Shown here piece by piece: positions 45,604 through 54,919 of a stretch of DNA of 64,000 nt; position 1 is the stretch's first letter; the number at the start of each line of letters is the position of its first letter. Source of the stretch: Thermoproteota archaeon (lineage in GTDB: Archaea > Korarchaeota > Korarchaeia > Korarchaeales > Korarchaeaceae); contig JALSOH010000009.1 in the NCBI GenBank assembly GCA_026986575.1, forward strand, positions 32,001 to 96,000, read 5' to 3'. Under the pieces are notes generated by a model that was not told the DNA's origin, made no database searches, and worked only from the letters and a program-made list of their open reading frames with translations. The translations under genes and the position numbers were made by a program.

Positions 45604-46883
45604 CTCTCCAGCCTCCTCATACTCCATATCAGTGGTATAGAAGCCAAGACCAGTATTGCCCCTATCGGGAAGAGGATCCTGTAGTTCCCTCCAGCTAGGT
45701 CGACGATCGCTCCTCCTATCACGCCAGCGAGGAGTATTGGTAGAGACCTAGTAGCCTCGAAGAACCCGTAATAGCGGCCGGTCAGCTCCTCCCTCTCATA
45801 GCTGGTCAGCAGATCCCCTATGACCGGGAAGGAGGAGGCCATGAGCATCCCCCAGCCTATCCCGGCTACGGCCAGCGCTGCCGCTACCTCCATCTTAGTG
45901 CTTATGGTCCAGGCCCACAGCTGGGGTAGGGCGAACACCACGCTCCCCGCAACGATGCTTATCCTCCTCCCGATCCTGTCGTAGATGATCCCTCCGGGAA
46001 TGGAACCGACTAGGACCGTGATGTTGAACAGTGCCATGAGGAGGAGTCCCAGCGAGGTGACAGCCTTCACATCCAGCTCACTGGCAGCTCCTCTGAGGAT
46101 GTAAGCCAGTATGCCGAAGAGAAAGATGGCTACGAACTCGAAGCTCAGCCACCACATGACCTGGGCCGTGTAGAACCTGAGGAAGTCCCGGTTGGAGAAT
46201 ATGCTCCTCACGTACTCCCAGATACCCTCCTCCCTATCTGCATGGATTTCAGGCTCCTTCACCACGAAGTAGACCACGAGAGCGCTCACCAGCAGGAAAG
46301 CTGCCGTTATGAGGAAGGGGATCTGCAAGTAGGGCGTGCTCGCGAGGGCCTTGATTCCCGATCCGCCGGTCGACTCGACGGCCATGGCCATGAGCACCCC
46401 GGCGAGTCCGAAGAGGAAGAGGTTACCCGCCCACTCGAAGAGGGTGATGATGCCGCTGGCTTTTCCTCTCTGACCGCTCTCCACGGTGTCGGGCATCAAG
46501 GCCCTGTATTGAGCGGTGTACACGTGCAGGGAAAGGTACAGGAAGGCGAGCGTGAGCGAAAAGCCCAGCAAACCCACACCGGAAAAGTAAGCGAGATAAA
46601 TGGAGATGGATGCTAGGGCGGCTAGGATCCCCCCAACCGCGACGAACGGCTTCCTTCGACCGTGCTTCGACCTCATGATATCGCTGTAATAGCCGAGGAT
46701 GGGAGGGATGACCATCCCTATCAGCCCCTCTAAGGCTAGGACGCTCCCCTTAATGAAGGCGGATTCCGTGTAACTGGATAGAAGGGGGAAGGATAAGCCC
46801 TTGTTAAGTGCCCATCCAGTGCTCCTAGCGAATCCGAGGAAGGCCAGGCTCAGGACAGTGATCCACTTGAACCTCGTCCTCAT
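45600..46883 (-). CDS. MFS transporter (GPH-type)
   Basis: GYYSD..RSKHGRRKPF, YRALMPD, YDRIGRR; 12 TM; ATGA overlap with the hydrolase. Confidence 0.88.
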   Translation of the reverse strand: MRTRFKWITVLSLAFLGFARSTGWALNKGLSFPLLSSYTESAFIKGSVLALEGLIGMVIPPILGYYSDIMRSKHGRRKPFVAVGGILAALASISIYLAYFSGVGLLGFSLTLAFLYLSLHVYTAQYRALMPDTVESGQRGKASGIITLFEWAGNLFLFGLAGVLMAMAVESTGGSGIKALASTPYLQIPFLITAAFLLVSALVVYFVVKEPEIHADREEGIWEYVRSIFSNRDFLRFYTAQVMWWLSFEFVAIFLFGILAYILRGAASELDVKAVTSLGLLLMALFNITVLVGSIPGGIIYDRIGRRISIVAGSVVFALPQLWAWTISTKMEVAAALAVAGIGWGMLMASSFPVIGDLLTSYEREELTGRYYGFFEATRSLPILLAGVIGGAIVDLAGGNYRILFPIGAILVLASIPLIWSMRRLER

Positions 46884-47022
46884 CGCGTCATGCAACAGCC
46901 AAATCAATTAAAACTGAAGTTCTAAACACAATCAGTTCTAAGGGATCGCGCGGAGGAGGTGATCCCCTACCAACACCACCTCTAACGGTTAAACTATTTA
47001 GTGCCTCCTTCTATACAATACG

Positions 47023-47736
47023 ATGATCGCACTGAAACTCGATGAGGTGCTTCGCCGGCTCAGGGAGGAGTTATCCAGCATTCCGGGGGCTAGGCTAATC
47101 TTGATATTCGGCTCCGTGGCTAGGGGGAGCTACAGACCTGACAGTGATGTTGACGTGATGTTAGTGGCCGAAAATGTAAGTGAAGCTAGGACGATGGCTA
47201 GGGAAATTTCCTCAAATATCTTCGCCGATACGGGAGTTCCGGTAACGGTGATAGTCGTATCACCAGAGGATTATTCGAAGAGGGAGCATCTCCCTGATAA
47301 GAAGGGCGAGAGAGGAGGGGTTCCTACTTTGGAAGGCCGAGGAGAGTCTATAGCTCTGATGAAAAAGGCTGAATCTAAATCGAGGTCAGCTAAATTACTT
47401 CTCATTGAGGGGGAGCTGGAAGATGCAGTAAGCAGGGCCTACTACGCTGCCTACAATGCGGCTAGGGCAATCTTACTCCTTCTCGGGGAGGAAGCATCCA
47501 CCCACAGAGGGGTAGCTTTCAAACTCTGGACCAGACCCGTGGAACTTGGTCTCCTTGATAGGAAGTACGCCAGAATACTCAGCAAGCTGAGGGAGGCCTG
47601 AGAAGAGGGGGATTGCACACTTGTTTTCGCTCTCTCTACCGAGGAGGTTCAGGTTCTGGTGAAGGACGCCGCGAGGCTCGTCGCGAGGATGAAGGAGTTA
47701 ATGGATGAGATGGAAAAAGGTATGGAAAAAAGGTAA
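47023..47736 (+). pseudogene. Decayed MNT-HEPN pair: frameshift fuses MNT to HEPN; HEPN has a nonsense codon at 47599
   Basis: IFGSVARG...SDVDV; AVSRAYYAAY..ARA, THRGV; frame continues after TGA with EEGDC...EEVQ...A to TAA 47736. Confidence 0.75.
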
Positions 47737-47804
47737 TTGCCCCCGGCGCCTAATCCCATTCTACGATTCACCTGATATAACTCCCTTGTCCCCTTTGTAG
47801 CTCA

Positions 47805-48092
47805 TCAACGGTTGTTATTCGTGCCACGCTCCCTCGGCTTGTAGACAACACAGGCATCGTATCCTCCTTCCTTGCCCAGATGCTCGAAGCCCAGCCCCAT
47901 CTTCCTGACCAGCGCCTCAACCGCTCTGTAGGGGAACCTGCTGTCCGTCAATACTTTGATACCCTCGCCCTCTCGGAGTTCCCTCAGGAACCTCAACAGC
48001 TTTGCTACCGGCGACTCCATGCATCCTCTCCGTCTGGGGTGCATCTCGAGCTCTGCCACTAAGGTGTACTCACTCCCCTCCAATCCTACCAC
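47805..48092 (-). CDS. SirA/TusA-like sulfur-carrier protein
   Basis: 95 aa; 'RRGCMESPVAKL...L..L.EGE.I.V.TD'; downstream of iscS/iscU. Confidence 0.6.
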   Translation of the reverse strand: MVGLEGSEYTLVAELEMHPRRRGCMESPVAKLLRFLRELREGEGIKVLTDSRFPYRAVEALVRKMGLGFEHLGKEGGYDACVVYKPRERGTNNNR

Positions 48093-48576
48093 CGTAAAAC
48101 CTATCTATCATCTCTTCCTCCTCTAGCGCCTGTTTCTCGACCGCTGTGAGGTCCTCAGGGAGCCATTCAGGTCTACTTCCCTCATAGTAGTGGCGGATCG
48201 CTCTCCTCAGGCCACCGACCGCTAGGATGCTGCAATGCCTCTTTACTGGAGGCAGACCGCCCAACCTCTCCGCGACATCCTCCCAGCCTATTTCCCATGC
48301 ATCTCTTAGGCTCCTCCCCTTGACCATCTCGGTCAGTATGCTCGCAGCCGCAATGTTCGCCGCGCAACCGTAACTCTCGAATTTAGCCTCCTCTATCACG
48401 TCCTCATCTCCCTCCCTAGCTATACGCAGGTATATGCTGATCACGTCACCGCAAGCCGGACTGCCAGCTTGGGCTGAGGCGTCAGGATTCTCCATCTTCC
48501 CCATGTTCTTGGGATTCCTGAAGAGCTCAAGAACCGTGGGGGTGTACGGGAGGGGCACTCTGGTACTCATATGCAC
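48070..48576 (-). CDS. iscU: Fe-S cluster scaffold protein
   Basis: NPKNMG, GSPACGD, FESYGCAANIAAAS, LGGLPPVKRHCS. Confidence 0.92.
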   Translation of the reverse strand: MHMSTRVPLPYTPTVLELFRNPKNMGKMENPDASAQAGSPACGDVISIYLRIAREGDEDVIEEAKFESYGCAANIAAASILTEMVKGRSLRDAWEIGWEDVAERLGGLPPVKRHCSILAVGGLRRAIRHYYEGSRPEWLPEDLTAVEKQALEEEEMIDRFYGGRIGGE

Positions 48577-48607
48577 ACCTTCTCATATAACCATAGTCAT
48601 GGACATA

Positions 48608-49816
48608 TTAACCTTTCCCCAACGGGCTTATCTCCCTCAACCTGCCGACGGACTCTATCACCTGATCCACGACGTAATCGACATCTCCCTCACTGTGATA
48701 CCTCGTGAGCTTGAAAAGCAGACTTCCATGGGCTGCCTCGTAATCCTTGCCGATCGCAAGCATCACGTGACTGGGTTCCAGCACCCTAGAGGTGCAGGCG
48801 CTTCCACTAGAGACGTAAACACCCCTAAGACTGAGCTCGACGGTCAGGGCTTCTCCTTCAACATGTAGGAAGCTTATGTTGACGTTGTCTGGCGCTCTCA
48901 TCTCACCAGACGGCCCGTTGAGCTGGGTGTCAGGTACCCCATCTAAGATTCCATTAATGAGCCTGTCTCTGAGCGAAGACACCCTCGATAACCCGTCCTG
49001 AAAGGCTAGCTCTACTGCCTTCCTGAACCCTGCCAATGCCGGGACGTTCTCCACCCCCGGCCAGAGGGACTGGGAGCTCAACGCTCCCTTCAAGATGGGC
49101 TCAACCCTAACCCCCTCTGATACCCAGAGAACTCCAACACCCTTGGGTCCGAGGATCTTGTGGGAGCTGAGGGTCATCAGATCCACTCCAATCTCCTCCG
49201 CTTTCAGGGGGACCTTCCCGTAGGCATCGCAGGCATCTGTATGGAAGATGACATCAGGATTCCTGTCCTTCACGACCTCGACTATCTCCTTCAACCTCTG
49301 TACAGTACCTATCTCGTGATTCACGGCCTGAACACTCACCAAAACCGTCTCACTATCGACAAGTTCCCTGATGACGTCGATGTCAACGAACCCCTCCTCA
49401 TCCACGGGTGCCCTCACGACCCTGAACCCCGCATCTTCCAAGGATAGAGCTGGAAGCAGTACGCTGTAATGCTCTATATCCGAGACAATGATCTTCCCCT
49501 TCCTCTTAAGGGCCATCATGGATCCGAGGATCGCCAAGTTATTGGCCTCCGTGCCACTGTGGACGAAGTGGATCTGGGAAGGATCGACGCTGAGGGTAGC
49601 AGCCACCGTCTCTGCCGTCGACTCGACGACCTCTAGGGCTTCCCAGCCCGGCTTATTAGTTATTGAAGGATGTCCGTACCCCCTCTCATTGAAGTAGGGT
49701 AGCATGGCCTCAACCACTTCGGGCGGGACCCATCCCGAGTTCTCGTGATCGAGATAGACCTCCTTGGGTGGCGTCCCGTGGGCCTTCAGGAGGGCCGAAA
49801 CACTCGGCATGAACAT
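48608..49816 (-). CDS. iscS: Cysteine desulfurase
   Basis: SGTEANN, IEH, NHEIGTVQ, HTDA, SSHKILGPKG (PLP Lys), SSGSACTS. Confidence 0.93.
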   Translation of the reverse strand: MFMPSVSALLKAHGTPPKEVYLDHENSGWVPPEVVEAMLPYFNERGYGHPSITNKPGWEALEVVESTAETVAATLSVDPSQIHFVHSGTEANNLAILGSMMALKRKGKIIVSDIEHYSVLLPALSLEDAGFRVVRAPVDEEGFVDIDVIRELVDSETVLVSVQAVNHEIGTVQRLKEIVEVVKDRNPDVIFHTDACDAYGKVPLKAEEIGVDLMTLSSHKILGPKGVGVLWVSEGVRVEPILKGALSSQSLWPGVENVPALAGFRKAVELAFQDGLSRVSSLRDRLINGILDGVPDTQLNGPSGEMRAPDNVNISFLHVEGEALTVELSLRGVYVSSGSACTSRVLEPSHVMLAIGKDYEAAHGSLLFKLTRYHSEGDVDYVVDQVIESVGRLREISPLGKG

Positions 49817-49921
49817 ACTAGAGGATGTTAGAATAAAAACTTTGAGATATTCTCGGAAAGAAGATTAATAAATAAAATTAACAATAGTTTTAAATTTAAT
49901 GAAAATTCATAAAGGGAGAGG

Positions 49922-50290
49922 TCAATGTCGGTGCCACTTTTCCCTCGGTTCGTAAGGTAGTGATTCCAGTTCCCCAGAGAGGTAGGCCTCGAGGACGTCT
50001 CTCACCTTCCCCTGAGCTCCCGTGATGACTTCTATCCCCAACTGCTGAAAGAACAGGCGAGCCCTACCGCCCATCCCCCTGCATATCAGTACGTCCACGT
50101 CCAATTTAGCAAGAAAGGAGGGAACTACGCCAGGTCCATGCTCTGCGGAATGGGGGTTCTCTACTGTTTCGTAGGATCTTACAGTTCCATCTTCAACCTC
50201 CACCAGCAGGAAGGCAGGAGCATGCCCAAAATGTTCGAAAATCTCCTCATCCAGCCCTTTGTGATCGTAGACAGGGAAGGCGACTCTCAT
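49922..50290 (-). CDS. NifB/NifX (FeMo-co binding) domain protein
   Basis: HFGHAPAF...ENP...G.G...DVLICRGMG.RA. Confidence 0.88.
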   Translation of the reverse strand: MRVAFPVYDHKGLDEEIFEHFGHAPAFLLVEVEDGTVRSYETVENPHSAEHGPGVVPSFLAKLDVDVLICRGMGGRARLFFQQLGIEVITGAQGKVRDVLEAYLSGELESLPYEPREKWHRH

Positions 50291-50349
50291 TTTCCCTCCC
50301 GGAGGATCACTAAGATCAGAAAATATAAGAGATAGGGTGCGGTCGCTGG

Positions 50350-51102
50350 TCAGCCCTTCCTCCCATATCCCGGCCCTCTACCCATTCCTGTCTCCATCTC
50401 GCCGCCGACTATGGACTCGTATTCCTCCAAGCTGAGGATCTGCGGCTGATATGTCACTCCGTACTGTCTCAATATGGAAGTGAAGGCTCTCAGGTGGTTC
50501 CTACTCCCGCTCATCAGGTTCTCGTAGACCTGAGTTATGTCGGTGTTGTCCACCTTGCTCAACCACTCCTTCAGGTCCTCGATGTCAACCTCCTCTATAA
50601 GAGCACCAACCTTCAGAGCCTCCTCGGGGGACTGGCTTCCTTTCTGGATCAGTTCATTGTATAGCGACTGTAGGTCTGGATTCGTGAAGACTCCCCTGTC
50701 CTTAGCTGGATCCTCCAGCCCATACCTGTCAATGAGGGCCTTTACCATGCCTATATGCTGCTGCTCGCTCCTTGCTATGTTCTGGAATATCTGGAGTCCC
50801 CACTTCTCGTACAGGTATAGGTATACATCCCTGGCTAGCTTCTCCTTCTCTCTCATGTAAAGGATGCTCTTCTCCTCGTCCCCACTGAGTTCTCCAAGGG
50901 GAATATTGGACAGCGGCTGCTTACCGACCTCAGATGGCCCCTCTCCTCCCCTATACCCGTAACCCCTCCCAGCGTCAGTGGTGAGGGGCTGCCCTATAGT
51001 GGGTGTGCCCGTTGGGTTGTAAGCGGTATTCAGAATAGTATATCCGGCCAGTCCCAACACTATAATGGCTAGGACTCCTGAGACTATTTTGACAGAGGAC
51101 AT
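50350..51102 (-). CDS. DUF2202 ferritin-like membrane/secreted protein
   Basis: YMREKEKLARDVY, IARSEQQH, GALIEE.DI.DL, GSRNHLRAF. Confidence 0.85.
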   Translation of the reverse strand: MSSVKIVSGVLAIIVLGLAGYTILNTAYNPTGTPTIGQPLTTDAGRGYGYRGGEGPSEVGKQPLSNIPLGELSGDEEKSILYMREKEKLARDVYLYLYEKWGLQIFQNIARSEQQHIGMVKALIDRYGLEDPAKDRGVFTNPDLQSLYNELIQKGSQSPEEALKVGALIEEVDIEDLKEWLSKVDNTDITQVYENLMSGSRNHLRAFTSILRQYGVTYQPQILSLEEYESIVGGEMETGMGRGPGYGRKG

Positions 51103-51318
51103 GCGCTCACCGAGGCCAAGTCCAATATGAGTTTATAAGAGATACAGACAAATTGTCCATGAGTAAATTAAAAATATTGTGAGAAGAGATTTCTACACAG
51201 TAACATTAGGGTTGACCCCTAAAAATACAGCTTATTAACCAATGAAACTATCGTCAGCTGACCCATCAATAACTGGGTTACCCCTCAGTTTATTAACAGT
51301 CCAGCTAGATGGGACATC

Positions 51319-52113
51319 ATGCTACCCGGACTACCTACAGTAGCAAGGCCAACGTTGAGCGAGATGATCTCACTTGCGGGGAAAACTGCTATGATCACTG
51401 GAGCTGCGTCAGGAATAGGTAAGGCAACTGCGTTAAGGTTTGCAGAGGCGGGAGCTGATATAATAGCTGTAGATGTGGATGGGGAGGGATTGCAGAAGCT
51501 GGCTAGGGAGATCTCGGAGGTCAGGATTCAAGCCAAGCTGGTGGATCTCTCCAATAAGAGCGAGATAGACAGGCTCTGGGACGAGATAGAGGAGGCCCCG
51601 GATATCCTCGTGAATAACGCTGGGATCTACCCTTTCAAGGGATTCACGGAGGTGGATGAGGGTTTCCTAGATTGGGTGATGAGGGTGAATGCCCTCTCAG
51701 TGTTCTGGATGAGCCAGCACATGATAAGGAGGAGAGAAAAGCGCGGCGGAGTGATCGTGAATGTGGGCTCAATAGAGGCGATACTCCCGTTTAAGGAGGA
51801 TCTCGCCCATTACACCATGAGCAAGGCCGCGGTGATAGCACTAACTAGGTCGCTCGCGAGGGACTACGGCAAGAAGTTCAGGGTGAATGTCGTCATCCCC
51901 GGTGGGATATACACGGAAGGAGTCAAGAAGATCGCTAAGAAGCTCGGGATAAAGGCGGTTGGGGAGGCTAAGGAGTTCATGAAACGCCTTCCTATGGGGA
52001 GGATGGGGGATCCCGATGAGGTGGCTAGGGTGATACTGTTCTTGGCCAGCGACATGGCTAGCTACGTCAACGGGGCTGTGATACCGGTGGATGGGGGATT
52101 CCTATCCACCTAA
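51319..52113 (+). CDS. Short-chain dehydrogenase/reductase
   Basis: TGAASGIG, NNAG, YTMSK (YxxxK), VDGG. Confidence 0.93.
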   Translation: MLPGLPTVARPTLSEMISLAGKTAMITGAASGIGKATALRFAEAGADIIAVDVDGEGLQKLAREISEVRIQAKLVDLSNKSEIDRLWDEIEEAPDILVNNAGIYPFKGFTEVDEGFLDWVMRVNALSVFWMSQHMIRRREKRGGVIVNVGSIEAILPFKEDLAHYTMSKAAVIALTRSLARDYGKKFRVNVVIPGGIYTEGVKKIAKKLGIKAVGEAKEFMKRLPMGRMGDPDEVARVILFLASDMASYVNGAVIPVDGGFLST

Positions 52114-52299
52114 CCCCCGATCTACTGCCATCCAGCCTCAGTATCGGTGGGCCCATCAGTGATTCAAGACTAGAAGATCGGTCCTTTTCTTTGGATTTTT
52201 CTAAAAATTCCCATAGCCCTAGACCGAAGAAGGCTATTGTCGGAAGAAGCCAAAATATCCTGTATCTCGCGCGGCCCTTTCCCCTACTCCCTGTAATAG

Positions 52300-52870
52300 G
52301 CCAGAGACTACTCTGCCGGAACAAGTTTCCTTTCTAAACCCCTAGCCGTTCTCAGAGATCTTTTCCCATGTACAGCAGCTCATAATACAACACAAGACCC
52401 CTTTTCAGCCCCTTCTGCTTGATGTACTCCGTGGTCATCCCAATACCCTTGGGGCAGGAAACAAAGTTCCTCAACCTGTTCTTCCTGAAGAACGTGTGAA
52501 GCAGACCAGCTGGTACATCCAATAGGATGGCTTTATCTTGCATTCCTCAGACCCCACTGTGTAGCCTTATCCTGCCGCATCTCCACTTGAGCAAAGGATC
52601 TTTGTTCCCGGCATCTCCCTCATAATCTCGAGGATCTCATACCCCATTTCTTCCTCGACATATCTCTCACCCACATGTATTTTGCTCAGCTGGATGTTGA
52701 AACAGGCCTCTTCGCCCACCACCTTTCCCTTAGGAGATTGAATCCCCACAACTTTGACTTCTTTATCTCAAACTCTTCGGACCTCTCCAGCTGTCTATGA
52801 ATCCGACCACGAGGGTGTTCAGACCATGTACTTCCTCAACTCCTCCACCGACGAGGGTTACGTGATCATG
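52300..52870 (-). pseudogene. Degraded gene remnant, possibly a GNAT acetyltransferase
   Basis: Short broken ORFs; 'EYIKQKGLKRGLV...KDL*ERLGFRK' resembles GNAT motifs A/B. Confidence 0.35.
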
Positions 52871-52938
52871 TAGAAGGGGAGAATGTTCGAGATCCGGAGT
52901 CGCGTTAAACTCATCAAAGTTGCACCCCCCATTATCTT

Positions 52939-53508
52939 ATGAGGAGGATTTCAATCAACGCGTTCTTCAGGGTAGCGGGTCCTAGACTGGTAGCCCTGAT
53001 ATCTTCCGGTCCGCTGTACGACGCCAACGCGATGGCCGCCACCTGGCACTCACCGATTTCCTTCGAACCCCCACTATACGGAGTATCTGTGTCACCAAAG
53101 AGGACAACACACTCCATCATAAGGGAGATGAAATCTTTCGGGGTGAATCTCATGCCCTACGAGATGGTAGATTCGGTTCACACTTGCGGTCGGATCTCGA
53201 GATCGGAGTTAAGGGATAAGCTGGAAATCGCTGGTATAAAGGTATTCGAGGGTCCGGAACTAGGCGTCCCCCTAGTAGAAGGGGCTTACGCGGCCATGGA
53301 GTGCCTCTTGGTGGACCGGATGGAACTAGGGGACCACACCTGGTTCGTAGGTGAGGTAAGATCGGTACTCGCTGGGGCCACTGGGGGAGGGGTAGTGGAT
53401 GTCTCCTCGATAAGGCCCTTGCTATACTTGGGGAACGACCTGTACCTGACTGTGGATCCGGAGACCGTGAGGAGGGGTAGGGTGAAGGGGAGACCCCAAC
53501 GATCATAA
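52939..53508 (+). CDS. Flavin reductase-like (FMN-binding split barrel) protein
   Basis: NAMAATW..PIS.EPP, R.T...I, CG..S, MEC, GDHTWFVGEV. Confidence 0.9.
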   Translation: MRRISINAFFRVAGPRLVALISSGPLYDANAMAATWHSPISFEPPLYGVSVSPKRTTHSIIREMKSFGVNLMPYEMVDSVHTCGRISRSELRDKLEIAGIKVFEGPELGVPLVEGAYAAMECLLVDRMELGDHTWFVGEVRSVLAGATGGGVVDVSSIRPLLYLGNDLYLTVDPETVRRGRVKGRPQRS

Positions 53509-53519
53509 GGGATGTCACG

Positions 53520-54428
53520 ATGGATGGTGCGATGAAGGTACTGGTGACCGGAGCCTCTGGAATGCTGGGATGCAATCTGATCCCCTTGCTCAGGGAGAGG
53601 GGTTACGATATCGTGGCCATGATAAACAGAGGGAGTCTCAAGAAGAGGCCTTGGGCTAGGGAGATTCTTGACGGATTGAAGTTGGTAGAGAGCAGGGTGG
53701 AGGAGTTCAAAGGGCACCTCGAGGTGGATGCGGTCATCCACTTGGCAGCCGTCCTGAGAGGACCTACCATGAGAGTGAACTACAGGGGAACCGTGAATCT
53801 CCTTGAACGAGTGAAAGCGGATTTCTTCGTCCTGATCAGCAGTATACTTGCACTGGGGGATGGTTTGAGGGAGAGAGCGGATGAGGAAGCTCCATGCATA
53901 CCGGTAACTGGTTACGAGAGATCTAAATGCGAGGCAGAGAGGGCGGTCAAGAAATCGGGGATTAAGCACCTTATCCTCAGACCCGGATGGATATACGGTC
54001 CCTACTCAATAAATCCGGACATACTCAGCATCGCTAGGTGGATAAAAAGGGGAATCAGGCCCGTTCTAGTGAGCGAGGATCTGCCCTTGGCCCTCGTTCA
54101 CGCGAGAGACGTGGCTGAATCGATCATTCATTTACTGGAAGCCGGAGAAGAGGGCATCTATAATGTGAGAGGACCGAGGATGTACATGATGGCGGAACTC
54201 CTTGATGCGATCTCCTCCTTCCTCAATAGGGAGGGGATCAGGGTGACTGTGCTTAGGTGGATTCTGAGGCTGGCAAGCAGGTGGTTCGATGTGGTGAGGT
54301 ACTTGGATCTAGCTCCTGATGACATGCCAATCGACAAGCTCTTAAACAGCGGGTTCCGCCCCACTATAGATTTGGACGGGGGTATGAGGGAGAGCCTGAC
54401 TTGGATGAGATCCAGAGGCCTGATCTGA
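53520..54428 (+). CDS. NAD-dependent epimerase/dehydratase family protein
   Basis: VTGASGMLG, HLAA, VN..GT, SS, YERSK, LRPGWIYGP. Confidence 0.9.
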   Translation: MDGAMKVLVTGASGMLGCNLIPLLRERGYDIVAMINRGSLKKRPWAREILDGLKLVESRVEEFKGHLEVDAVIHLAAVLRGPTMRVNYRGTVNLLERVKADFFVLISSILALGDGLRERADEEAPCIPVTGYERSKCEAERAVKKSGIKHLILRPGWIYGPYSINPDILSIARWIKRGIRPVLVSEDLPLALVHARDVAESIIHLLEAGEEGIYNVRGPRMYMMAELLDAISSFLNREGIRVTVLRWILRLASRWFDVVRYLDLAPDDMPIDKLLNSGFRPTIDLDGGMRESLTWMRSRGLI

Positions 54429-54500
54429 TCCGATGAGGCAGCGGAATCAAAGGAGGTAGCGCCAAGCCCCTAGAAGGGGGAGATAAATCGAGACTGGAGA

Positions 54501-54914
54501 TCATTCGAGCATCAAGCCGCTGATGCGGAGCTTGCCCTCTTTCTCCAGCTCGTGAATCCTCTCAACGACCTTGTAGATAGAGAGGTTTGCCTGCTTGGCC
54601 AGCTCGTATGGAGATACGTGCCCTCTTTCCTTGGCCATATTTATTATCATCCTACCCAGATCATCGTCGACGCGCTCATCTAACACATCAATGATCAGCT
54701 TGTATCGGGCCCTCTTAAACCTGGGCTCGGAGATGTATATGGCCAACGAGATCAGCGTCGATGATATGACCGCCGCTGCGATCGCTGAGTAGAATGTAAA
54801 CGTGGACATTATCGACCTGTACATGAGTATCAGGAAGATCTCCGTTGAGAGGACTGTCAAGCCCCAGGCGGCAGCGACCAAGGCCTTCCTCCTAGTCCAT
54901 ACCCATGGGACCAT
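54501..54914 (-). CDS. Two-TM membrane protein with C-terminal winged HTH
   Basis: Two hydrophobic helices, then 'AKERGHVSPYELAKQANLSIYKVVERIHELEKEGKL'; SD GGAGGTGA overlapping the giant gene's stop. Confidence 0.7.
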   Translation of the reverse strand: MVPWVWTRRKALVAAAWGLTVLSTEIFLILMYRSIMSTFTFYSAIAAAVISSTLISLAIYISEPRFKRARYKLIIDVLDERVDDDLGRMIINMAKERGHVSPYELAKQANLSIYKVVERIHELEKEGKLRISGLMLE

Positions 54915-54919
54915 TGCGA

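Noticed and set aside
23820-46941. Shared 12-mer AATCAGTTCTAA at 23820-23831 and 46930-46941
   Set aside because: Only two copies in AT-rich intergenic DNA upstream of unrelated genes; compatible with chance
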